Source of the DNA: a virus | IMG/VR virus record: IMGVR_UViG_3300032236_000765 | Coordinates: 11,023 to 75,022 of that record | Strand: one strand, 5' to 3' | Length of the DNA: 64,000 nucleotides | In this document: piece after piece, positions 1 through 7,102 of the stretch | Position numbering within the stretch: the stretch's first letter is position 1 | Layout: each line of letters opens with the position of its first letter | Translations under genes and position numbers: made by a program | The notes under the pieces: generated by a model | The model's database searches: none | Told to the model about the DNA's origin: nothing | The model's input: only the letters and a program-made list of their open reading frames with translations

Positions 1-829
1 TGAATGTCTCACTGAAGTTACACTGCATACCGAGGTCCATCTTAGCACAGGTCTTGAGGAATTCCTCTCTAGGAGCCCATGTATGATTCACTAGGCGATG
101 GCCTCTTTCATATAGATGGGTGAAAAACGCTGTTACGTTTTGCGCAACAGGTTGCCCTTGCATTTCAATTCTGCCTGAATTGATATGAAAGCGCACTCGC
201 TTATTCTGACTCTCTGCAAAATCTACCGCTGCAATAGCTTGAAGCAAGTGATTCTTCAACGGACGAACTGCACCGAAGCAACCGATATCGATATAGTCCT
301 TGTTACGATTTAACTTCTTTCGTTGATATTCTTGTGGATAGTAATTCGGTAGATAAATCACTTTTTGATTTACCTGCTTTTCGGTCCAGCCATGCATGGA
401 TTTTAGATAGACCTGTGTTTCACGTAGCATTCTAGGTGCATTGACTGCAATTACAACTTTGTCCTGTCGTGAATATTCCCCGATCCAGTTCATTGCCGAA
501 CCTTCACCAGCCATGAATGGCATTTCACTATGTAGACGGATGATCCAGGTTACATCAGGATGCAACTTTCTTAGGATATTAAACTTAGTAGGAACGACCC
601 ATAGTGCTTCAACAATGGCATGTGTGGGTCTATATTTTGTAACTACTCTATCAATACAATTATTATCTATTACGACTTCTAGATGGGATTCGATTCCCAT
701 GTCATTTAGCATATGATGCACGAATGAAGCAGAATTATATAGACCTGTACTCAGCCCTATATGACTGCTATCTCTTGCAATGTTGTAGTCATCTTTTCTT
801 TTTAATATAAACAATACACGTGTTTTCAC
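1..829 (-). CDS. Glycosyltransferase, GT-B/GT4-like (3' end runs off the window)
   Basis: Not in ORF track. Manual translation from GTG at 829: MKTRVLFILKRKDDY...IGCFGAVRPLKNHLLQ...MDLGMQCNFSETF. G-x-x-R-x-x-K-N and S-E-x-F motifs are typical of GT4. Confidence 0.7.
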   Translation of the reverse strand, partial: MKTRVLFILKRKDDYNIARDSSHIGLSTGLYNSASFVHHMLNDMGIESHLEVVIDNNCIDRVVTKYRPTHAIVEALWVVPTKFNILRKLHPDVTWIIRLHSEMPFMAGEGSAMNWIGEYSRQDKVVIAVNAPRMLRETQVYLKSMHGWTEKQVNQKVIYLPNYYPQEYQRKKLNRNKDYIDIGCFGAVRPLKNHLLQAIAAVDFAESQNKRVRFHINSGRIEMQGQPVAQNVTAFFTHLYERGHRLVNHTWAPREEFLKTCAKMDLGMQCNFSETF

Positions 830-854
830 CGGTGGGCCCTTGAGTTAATGTGTG

Positions 855-945
855 TGGCGGAAGCGGTGAGATTCGAACTCACGGTACCCTTCCAGGTACG
901 TCGCATTTCAAGTGCGGTGCCATAAACCAACTCGACCACGCTTCC
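855..945 (-). tRNA. tRNA-Ser(TGA)
   Basis: Cloverleaf with long variable arm, anticodon loop CT-TGA-AA, GTTCGAATC, encoded CCA. Confidence 0.92.
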
Positions 946-955
946 ATATAAATAT

Positions 956-1456
956 TTATGAAACTAGTTTGGTAACAGATTTTTTCTGTCTATACTCTCG
1001 GTCATAGTCTCTTCCTTTACCTCTATTTTTGCTCTTAAAGGTAGGTAATTGAGCATCACAGTTGCAACAGACTAATCTAAAGTTTTCAATTCTATTATCT
1101 GTACTGTCACCTGAAATATGATCACACACTAACGGTACAGGTTCACCCATCCATTCAGTAATACCACATCGACTACATGCATTACCGGTAGTTTCAATTA
1201 AATATGCTCTAGCATATCGTCTAGCAACTACTTCGCAATACTGACCCAATTTACCATTTTCAACTATGTCTTTTCTACGAGAAGAAATCTTGTCTGCATC
1301 ATGCTTTCCCTTATTCCAAGTCACGTTACCTTTTTGTGCACCAGCTTTCGGTGAACGCTTGTGTGTTATTCTATTTGGGTTATCCTTACAACTCATTTGA
1401 TGAGCAGTTAAAGATCCTTTATTTTTTATTTCTCTATTACAGTATACACAATTCAT
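956..1456 (-). CDS. HNH homing endonuclease with N-terminal Zn finger
   Basis: CxxC...DHISGDSTDNRIENFRLVCCNC HNH motif; free-standing between tRNAs. Confidence 0.85.
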   Translation of the reverse strand: MNCVYCNREIKNKGSLTAHQMSCKDNPNRITHKRSPKAGAQKGNVTWNKGKHDADKISSRRKDIVENGKLGQYCEVVARRYARAYLIETTGNACSRCGITEWMGEPVPLVCDHISGDSTDNRIENFRLVCCNCDAQLPTFKSKNRGKGRDYDREYRQKKSVTKLVS

Positions 1457-1527
1457 AGTAATGACTCCTCATTACTATTTATGCTTTATCGCAGAAATTC
1501 ACAGAATAAATGCAATAAGTCAAGAAT

Positions 1528-1602
1528 TGGTGCGCCCGGGAGGATTTGAACCTCCGACCCTCGCGTTATCAGCACGATGCTCTTCCCCTGAGCTACAAGC
1601 GC
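1528..1602 (-). tRNA. tRNA-Ile(GAT)
   Basis: Anticodon arm TCGTG-CTGATAA-CGCGA, T-loop GTTCAAATC, CCA. Confidence 0.92.
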
Positions 1603-1609
1603 ATGAGAT

Positions 1610-1694
1610 TGGTGGGGCATCCCGGGATCGAACCAGGCGTGTCATAAGACGGCGGATTTACAGTCCGCTGCATCACCGTTGATGCTTCTACCCC
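1610..1694 (-). tRNA. tRNA-Tyr(GTA)
   Basis: GCGGA-CTGTAAA-TCCGC, long variable arm, CCA. Confidence 0.9.
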
Positions 1695-1702
1695 GTTAAT
1701 CT

Positions 1703-1909
1703 TTACTTAAACTTGTTGAACCACCCATCTGCAAACTTCTGAACAACTTCGTCTGCATCAAAATAATGATCCTTGTTAAGAATTGCATCCTGAACATCAA
1801 GGACATCATCTTCATCCAAACCGATCTCTCGCAGATAATTTAGATATATGGCAAGTCCGTCGTCATGTGGATTCTTCTTAGCGAAGTTTACGTGAATAAC
1901 TTGTCCCAT
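1703..1909 (-). CDS. Hypothetical protein (68 aa)
   Basis: ORF with AAGGA SD, between tRNAs. Confidence 0.6.
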   Translation of the reverse strand: MGQVIHVNFAKKNPHDDGLAIYLNYLREIGLDEDDVLDVQDAILNKDHYFDADEVVQKFADGWFNKFK

Positions 1910-1936
1910 TGATGATGTCCTTTTTGTTCGGGTTAA

Positions 1937-2119
1937 TTACGGTTGTACAGTATGAGTACCGGTGTCACGGACACTTCCGTTACCGACACTACGAGGTTCG
2001 ACTACATTATCAGCCGCAGTCGTATTATCCATGGCAGGTGCAGCAGGAGTAGGCTTTTGGCTACATGCAGCAAGAGCAAGTACGCTAGCTAGGCTAGCAA
2101 GTGTGATAATCTTCATCAT
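1937..2119 (-). CDS. Small lipoprotein
   Basis: Signal peptide with lipobox LAAC; AAGGAG SD. Confidence 0.7.
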   Translation of the reverse strand: MMKIITLASLASVLALAACSQKPTPAAPAMDNTTAADNVVEPRSVGNGSVRDTGTHTVQP

Positions 2120-2144
2120 TTAGTTTCTCCTTTGTAAATGAACT

Positions 2145-2221
2145 TGGTACACCCGACGTGTGTCGATCCCGTTCCTCCGCCTTGAAAGGGCAGTGATCTA
2201 GCCATCGTAATCTATGGGTGC
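2145..2221 (-). tRNA. tRNA-Glu(TTC)
   Basis: CTGCC-CTTTCAA-GGCGG; atypical T-loop ATCGACA; CCA. Confidence 0.82.
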
Positions 2222-2227
2222 GTATAT

Positions 2228-2311
2228 TGGTGCGGGCAGTCGGACTCGAACCGACACGGAATACTCCGAGGGATTTTAAATCCCTTGCGTCTACCATTTC
2301 GCCATGCCCGC
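2228..2311 (-). tRNA. tRNA-Leu(TAA)
   Basis: AGGGA-TTTAAAA-TCCCT, variable arm, CCA. Confidence 0.92.
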
Positions 2312-2331
2312 ATAACAAACTTCATGTATGT

Positions 2332-2360
2332 AATATACTAAAGCTACAAACGAATGTCAA
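2332..2360 (-). promoter_or_regulatory. sigma70-type promoter inside tRNA array
   Basis: TTGACA-17 nt-TATATT. Confidence 0.7.
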
Positions 2361-2383
2361 CCGAATTTTTTAAAAAACTCAGA

Positions 2384-2457
2384 TGGCACCAGTGCAGGGA
2401 GTTGAACCCCGGCTTGCGGTTTTGGAGACCGTCGTGCTACCGTAACACTTCACTGGT
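2384..2457 (-). tRNA. tRNA-Trp(CCA)
   Basis: ACGGT-CTCCAAA-ACCGC, CCA end. Confidence 0.9.
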
Positions 2458-2458
2458 A

Positions 2459-2854
2459 TTATTCGTCGTCAAACTCAGCAGGAACAGGAAGATCGATTAG
2501 ATCGTGTTCACGATCAAGATACTTCATGTCAATATGAATCGGGTCCATTTCCTTGAGCGACTCTACCACATCATATGGGTCTAGAGGACCGCATGTATAG
2601 ACATCCAACTGTACCATTGCAGGTTCGTCCTCATCCCAGATGTGCATCACGATGTGACTAGTTTCGATAATTGTAGCACATGTAAGACCACGATTACCTT
2701 CCATTTCGCTATAGACAGCATAGGGTCCCATAAGGATCTTCATACCAATGCGCTCAATCAGCGCGGGCATCCACTCTTTGGATACCTTATCCGGACAAAC
2801 CAGAGGATTCCTTACCTCGGCACGGACAATAAGATGTTTGTGAAATAGAGCCAA
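2459..2854 (-). CDS. speD: S-adenosylmethionine decarboxylase proenzyme-like (class 1b)
   Basis: HLIV...GLTCATIIETSHIVMHIWDE...QLDVYTCG signature. Start reassigned to TTG 2854 because the track start lies inside tRNA-Val. Confidence 0.8.
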   Translation of the reverse strand: MALFHKHLIVRAEVRNPLVCPDKVSKEWMPALIERIGMKILMGPYAVYSEMEGNRGLTCATIIETSHIVMHIWDEDEPAMVQLDVYTCGPLDPYDVVESLKEMDPIHIDMKYLDREHDLIDLPVPAEFDDE

Positions 2855-2933
2855 CTCATAAATTCCCTTTGTTAAAAGCCGACATAAGAGTCGGATCATA
2901 TATTTATCATATGACCCGACTCCTGTTGAAAAA

Positions 2934-3008
2934 TGGTACTCGGGGCCAGGATCGAACTGGCGACCTTCGCTGTGTAAAAGCGTTGCGCTACCGCTGCGCC
3001 ACCCGAGC
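2934..3008 (-). tRNA. tRNA-Val(TAC)
   Basis: ACGCT-TTTACAC-AGCGA, GTTCGATC, CCA. Confidence 0.9.
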
Positions 3009-3518
3009 ATTATTTTTATATTCTCTCAGATATGCATTACGCTTAGTATGCTTTTTATAGCGATTACCTTTGCCTGCATTACCGAAAGTTTCAGTTTGAG
3101 TGTGACAATTAGGACAAAGCAGTCTAAGATTGCTCAAATCGTTATTATCACTATTACCGTCTATGTGATCTAATTGTAGACTAAGCGGCTTGTTATTCCA
3201 AGTACTTTCTTGTCCACATTCAGAACATTTATCTCCTACTTTTTCTTTAAGATATCTCTTAAAATTTCCTCCCAATCCTTGTTCAATGCGAGGAATTGAA
3301 ATGTATTCCCAAGTGTATTTAGATGAACAATCAACTGAACAAAACTTATTTTTAGTTCCTGCACTCGTGCGAAACTCTATTCCGCAGTACATGCATTCAC
3401 ACAACGGTTTTTTTGTTCGTGAGACTGAATATCTGCCTTCCGGACGATGAACACTCTTATGTCCATTCAACTTTCTGACTGAATCAAACTCTTTACCGCA
3501 TTCACATTTATACATCAT
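2988..3518 (-). CDS. HNH homing endonuclease; last codons overlap tRNA-Val 5' end
   Basis: Zn fingers plus LQLDHIDGNSDNNDLSNLRLLCPNCH; TATAAATA at 3539-3546 upstream. Confidence 0.88.
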   Translation of the reverse strand: MMYKCECGKEFDSVRKLNGHKSVHRPEGRYSVSRTKKPLCECMYCGIEFRTSAGTKNKFCSVDCSSKYTWEYISIPRIEQGLGGNFKRYLKEKVGDKCSECGQESTWNNKPLSLQLDHIDGNSDNNDLSNLRLLCPNCHTQTETFGNAGKGNRYKKHTKRNAYLREYKNNARVAQR

Positions 3519-3561
3519 AAGTTCCTTTTGCTCAACTGTATTTATACCAGTTGCACAAAAA

Positions 3562-3587
3562 GCACTCTTTACCTGAGCTAACCGGGC
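3562..3587 (-). pseudogene. Truncated tRNA 5' fragment (acceptor strand + D-arm)
   Basis: GCCCGGT-TA-GCTC-AGGTAAA-GAGT then breaks off just upstream of the HNH gene. Confidence 0.6.
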
Positions 3588-3593
3588 ATAAAA

Positions 3594-3670
3594 TGGTCGG
3601 AGTACTAGGATTCGAACCTAGGACCCTCTGCTCCCAAAGCAGATGCGCTACCAGACTGCGCTATACTCCG
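3594..3670 (-). tRNA. tRNA-Pro(TGG)
   Basis: CGGAGTA acceptor, TCTGC-TTTGGGA-GCAGA, CCA. Confidence 0.93.
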
Positions 3671-3678
3671 TCATATGT

Positions 3679-3752
3679 TGGTGGAGATGAAGGGAATCGA
3701 ACCCTTAAGTGCGCCTTGCAAAGGCGCCAGTTTACCGTTAGCTTACATCCCC
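3679..3752 (-). tRNA. tRNA-Ala(TGC)
   Basis: GCGCC-TTTGCAA-GGCGC; G3:U70 pair; CCA. Confidence 0.92.
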
Positions 3753-3800
3753 GAAAACTTTATTATACTTATCACCTTCTTGTACTAGACAATTATATTT

Positions 3801-3877
3801 TGGCGTCCCCAGAGGGACTTGAACCCCCGACCCACAGATTAGAAGTCTGTTGCTCTATCCAACTGAGCTATGGAGAC
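3801..3877 (-). tRNA. tRNA-Arg(TCT)
   Basis: ACAGA-CTTCTAA-TCTGT, CCA. Confidence 0.93.
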
Positions 3878-3946
3878 ATTACTTTCTGAATATAGCTATG
3901 AATAAAAAAGAAAGCAAGAGTTTTGGGTGACCCTTGCCTTCAATCC

Positions 3947-4339
3947 TTACAATTCTGCTTTAGTCACAACTTCTACGTTATCAACCGGAACAGATACCGG
4001 TGTGGTAATTTGACTTGCTTGCGCCTTCAAATCAGAAGTATGCGCAACCACAGCAGATTTAAATTTGATCAAGTCTTCTTCAGCAGACTTGATAGCTGTA
4101 TTTGCAGCATCAATAGCTTGTTGATGGAGATCGCGTGATCTAGCAAGCGCATCCTGCAAGTCTGCTTTAAGCTTGTTTACTGTTGCGTTGCCTACCAAAG
4201 CTGCTGCCTTAGCTTGCTCAAAAATAGTTTTTACATCTGATACAATCTCTTGCTCAAGTTGCACAAACTTTTGTCCTACCTGTTCTACTTGTACTACTTC
4301 GTCTATGAACATTTTCTTAATAGTTTCTAGAAACCCCAT
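3947..4339 (-). CDS. Hypothetical coiled-coil protein
   Basis: AAGGAG SD; upstream ATAAATA; Ala/Gln-rich helical sequence. Confidence 0.7.
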   Translation of the reverse strand: MGFLETIKKMFIDEVVQVEQVGQKFVQLEQEIVSDVKTIFEQAKAAALVGNATVNKLKADLQDALARSRDLHQQAIDAANTAIKSAEEDLIKFKSAVVAHTSDLKAQASQITTPVSVPVDNVEVVTKAEL

Positions 4340-4386
4340 ACGGTTCTCCTTTGTCTGTATGTGATAATATTATTTATCAACTGAAC

Positions 4387-4462
4387 TGGTGCTCTAAGCG
4401 AGAATCGAACTCACTATCTCCGGGTTACAAATCCGGCGCATCGCCAGCAATGCTTTTAGAGC
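4387..4462 (-). tRNA. tRNA-Thr(TGT)
   Basis: CCGGA-TTTGTAA-CCCGG, CCA. Confidence 0.88.
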
Positions 4463-4468
4463 AATAAT

Positions 4469-4544
4469 TGGCTCCCCAGGTTCGATTCGAACGAACGACA
4501 TTTCGGTTAACAGCCGAACGCAACTACCACTGTGCTACTGGGGA
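4469..4544 (-). tRNA. tRNA-Asn(GTT)
   Basis: TTCGG-CTGTTAA-CCGAA, GCCA end. Confidence 0.9.
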
Positions 4545-4597
4545 ATAAAATCATTATCGATGATATTTAATGTTCGAAAAAGAGTCGGATTATTTTC

Positions 4598-5158
4598 CTA
4601 ATTAAGGTCAATAATCCGACTATGCTTAGGAACACCTGTGAGCAAGTATTCCATCTGATCTGCGAGAATGTGACGATTCTGCAAGATCAAGTTTTCGAAG
4701 TGATTAGGTTCATACGGAACATAGAGAAGTTCCATACCTGCTTGTCTCAAAGTCTTGCAACCCTTTTTCTGATTGCAATCAAAGCAAGCTGTGACTACGT
4801 TAGTCCATTCATCAAGACCGCCGTGGAATCTAGAAATGATATGGTCTCTGCTCAACTTTGAATGTCCAAAGTGACCACCACAGTAAGCACAGATATTACG
4901 ATCACGTGCAAACAATGTTCTATTGGTCAACACGACACGGTTGTGTCGCGTGAAATCAAAGCCGGATCCCCGAACAGCAATGATGCTGGGTGTTTCAAGA
5001 TAGCTTTGCCGTCCGTCTTTTTGAATCCCCCCGCGATATTTAGCGATGACATCACCTAGGGTCCAGACAACTAAGTTTTTAGCATGATAGCTAATTGCTT
5101 CGTCATTGGTAATCCATGATCTTGGAGTACCCGCAACGTCTAAGGCTAATACCGCCAT
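4598..5158 (-). CDS. HNH endonuclease (McrA-like family)
   Basis: LFARDRNICAYCG...DHII...GG...WTNVVTACFDCNQKKG. Confidence 0.88.
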   Translation of the reverse strand: MAVLALDVAGTPRSWITNDEAISYHAKNLVVWTLGDVIAKYRGGIQKDGRQSYLETPSIIAVRGSGFDFTRHNRVVLTNRTLFARDRNICAYCGGHFGHSKLSRDHIISRFHGGLDEWTNVVTACFDCNQKKGCKTLRQAGMELLYVPYEPNHFENLILQNRHILADQMEYLLTGVPKHSRIIDLN

Positions 5159-5282
5159 AGTTTACTCCTATTTCTATTCATATTTAGACTCTAAAACATT
5201 ATACATTAGAAATGCTCTTTGTGCATTGGGTAATGTATAAATACAGAATCATCCTTGACTAATATAGTAAAGGATTCAAGAT

Positions 5283-5376
5283 TGGTAGTCCCGCCCGGAT
5301 TCGAACCGAGATCGTGCGCTAATCTGGCGCTTACACGAGGTATAAGCTCGTCGCTCTACCGTTGAGCTACAGGACC
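5283..5376 (-). tRNA. tRNA-Ile(TAT) with long variable arm
   Basis: ACGAG-CTTATAC-CTCGT; ~24-nt variable region; GTTCGAATC; ACCA. Confidence 0.82.
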
Positions 5377-5387
5377 GTAAATTTTAT

Positions 5388-5461
5388 TGGTGCCCTATGA
5401 CAGAATCGAACTGCCGCTCACTGATTACGAAACAGTTGTTCTACCATTTAACTAATCATGG
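5388..5461 (-). pseudogene. Degenerate tRNA-Thr(CGT)
   Basis: D, anticodon (TT-CGT-AA) and T arms plus CCA present; 5' acceptor strand CCATGAT mispairs with ATAGGGC at 3 of 7 positions. Confidence 0.7.
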
Positions 5462-5482
5462 TTCAATATAATTGATGCGAAA

Positions 5483-5559
5483 TGGTGGGTTATCTGGGAA
5501 TCGAACCCAGTCCATAATACGATTAAAAGTCGTATGCTCAGCCGGAGAGCCTATAACCC
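5483..5559 (-). tRNA. tRNA-Lys(TTT)
   Basis: TACGA-CTTTTAA-TCGTA; short D-loop; CCA. Confidence 0.85.
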
Positions 5560-5566
5560 GTATAAT

Positions 5567-5650
5567 TGGTGCCCCAAGCCGGACTCGAACCAGCACGCCT
5601 CGCGGCAGTAGATTTTGAGTCTACCGCGTCTACCATTCCACCATTGGGGC
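5567..5650 (-). tRNA. tRNA-Leu(CAA)
   Basis: GTAGA-CTCAAAA-TCTAC, variable arm, CCA. Confidence 0.93.
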
Positions 5651-5655
5651 ATTAA

Positions 5656-5829
5656 CTAGAATAAAGGGTTTAGAACGAATTTTCCAATTGGTTCATTGTC
5701 GAACAAAAACGTCACTGTGATTTGATCGGGATTTCCACCGAACAAATTATCAGGAAGTTGTTCAAGAGTGATCGTCAATTTTTCTTTCAATGCTGTCTTT
5801 AGCATTTCGTCGAATGTAGCTTGGTCCAT
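5656..5829 (-). CDS. Small hypothetical protein (57 aa, MDQATFDEML...)
   Basis: Manual ORF with AGGAG SD, below track cutoff. Confidence 0.6.
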   Translation of the reverse strand: MDQATFDEMLKTALKEKLTITLEQLPDNLFGGNPDQITVTFLFDNEPIGKFVLNPLF

Positions 5830-5873
5830 TGTATTCTCCTATGAGAGTATTCACTTGTTACTCTTGATAATAA

Positions 5874-5958
5874 TGGTGCGGATGAAGGGACTCGAACCCC
5901 CACACCTTTCGGTACTGGTACCTAAAACCAGGGCGTCTACCAATTCCGCCACATCCGC
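5874..5958 (-). tRNA. tRNA-Leu(TAG)
   Basis: CTGGT-TTTAGGT-ACCAG, variable arm, CCA. Confidence 0.93.
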
Positions 5959-5963
5959 ATGTT

Positions 5964-6087
5964 CTGATATTCTTAGGAAGAGAGTTTGGAAGAATTGCAC
6001 TTCCCTAGGATACTGACCTATCCTCTTTGCACTGGTCAGAGTGCAGAGTTCGCCACTTAACAGGAACTCCCTACCTAAGAATATCAG
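5964..6087 (-). ncRNA. Putative tRNA-like structured RNA with kissing loops
   Basis: Perfect 14-bp closing stem; internal hairpins with complementary loops CTGACC/GGTCAG; T-arm-like GGAAG-TGCAATT-CTTCC. Confidence 0.65.
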
Positions 6088-6188
6088 GTATAGATTTAGA
6101 ATCTAAACTGCGACGGTGAGAACCGGCTTCGTCTTTAATCTTGTGCACCAGGAAACGACACAAGAACCGCTAGACCTAATATTTTCTA

Positions 6189-6266
6189 ACAATGTCAAAG
6201 AACAAGAGCGTCTTTCGTCGCTCTCTCTATGTTCTAAATATAGCGCAGGTCCAATTCAGAGTCAAC
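6189..6266 (-). promoter_or_regulatory. sigma70 promoter followed by boxB-like hairpin and boxA-like element
   Basis: TTGACT-17-TATATT; GAGCG-ACGAAAGA-CGCTC hairpin; TGTTCTTTGACATTGT. Confidence 0.6.
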
Positions 6267-6301
6267 CGAAAAACGACCTAGATGCGAAATATTTTTTAAT
6301 A

Positions 6302-6376
<75 letters not shown>

Positions 6377-6380
6377 AAAA

Positions 6381-6486
6381 TACGGTTTTTATCTACTTCA
6401 CGAAGACTCGGGCGAATAGCGTATGCAACTCAATCATGCCTTACTCGCTTGCTCTTGGTAGCCCGGGCGTAACCGAAAACCGGTAA
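6381..6486 (-). ncRNA. Putative long irregular hairpin RNA
   Basis: Nested stems CGGTTTT/AAAACCG, CGGGC/GCCCG, AGCG/CGCT, GCA/TGC; GC-rich island directly 5' of tRNA-Phe. Confidence 0.4.
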
Positions 6487-6588
6487 ATTGCTAGCCTAAT
6501 ACAAGACTAGCAAACTGAAAATATTTATATAGGTATGCCAGCGAAAGATAATCTTTCATCCTTAATATGAGTAAGGATCTTTCGCTGG

Positions 6589-6777
6589 CTATATACCGAT
6601 GATCTTTACTATGAGATTGAAAGGCCAAACATGTTCCCACAGAAAATGCTCTAGTGGATAGCTGATTGTTATACCTATCCAGAACCTATAATCAGTGATT
6701 AGATTAGTACAATGATTGTAACATGTGGTCAAGAAGCCTGTTCTACTATAATGGTAGTGTGGTTCATTATTTTTCAT
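6589..6777 (-). CDS. Small hypothetical, possibly membrane protein (MKNNEPHYHY...)
   Basis: Start reassigned to ATG 6777 (track start is inside tRNA-Val); followed by 13-bp hairpin 6537-6588. Confidence 0.55.
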   Translation of the reverse strand: MKNNEPHYHYSRTGFLTTCYNHCTNLITDYRFWIGITISYPLEHFLWEHVWPFNLIVKIIGI

Positions 6778-6798
6778 GTTTTCTCTCTTTTTAATAGA

Positions 6799-6870
6799 TG
6801 GCGGCCCTGATGATTTTTCTCTCGTTGACACACTACCCATGATTGGAAGATGGTGGTGCGAGACAGGGCC
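6799..6870 (-). ncRNA. CCA-terminated tRNA-sized RNA without a cloverleaf
   Basis: GGCCCTG...CAGGGCC-GCCA perfect acceptor stem; no D- or T-loop consensus. Confidence 0.55.
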
Positions 6871-6878
6871 ATAAACTT

Positions 6879-6953
6879 TGGTGCGCGATGCAGGAGTTGA
6901 ACCTACCACCTCTTCCATGTCAAGGAAGCGTTCTACCGATGAACTAATCGCGC
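6879..6953 (-). tRNA. tRNA-Val(GAC)
   Basis: CTTCC-TTGACAT-GGAAG, CCA. Confidence 0.92.
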
Positions 6954-6959
6954 ATTGTC

Positions 6960-7035
6960 TGGTACTAGGTATTGGATTCGAACCAATCCACTGAGTTCCA
7001 CAAACTCATGTGCTGACCGCTAACACTAACCTAGC
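6960..7035 (-). tRNA. tRNA-His(GTG), no G-1, A73 discriminator
   Basis: TGAGT-TTGTGGA-ACTCA; position -1 is T; ends ACCA. Confidence 0.88.
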
Positions 7036-7102
7036 ATGAATTGCGGTAAAGGATATGGATCAAGCCTTTGAGGCTTTGTTACCGACACTATATATTAAGT
7101 GT

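Noticed and set aside
2988-3587. Group I intron splitting a tRNA
   Set aside because: No P/Q/R/S core or room for one; the downstream tRNA-Val is already complete.
4583-4621. Inverted repeat AGTCGGATTATT/AATAATCCGACT as a mobile element end
   Set aside because: Single local hairpin around the HNH stop codon; more simply a terminator or processing stem, with no partner end or target duplication.
6098-6180. Pistol, hammerhead or HDV/theta ribozyme
   Set aside because: TTAAA after a hairpin is pistol-like, but the required pseudoknot and catalytic core could not be matched by eye.
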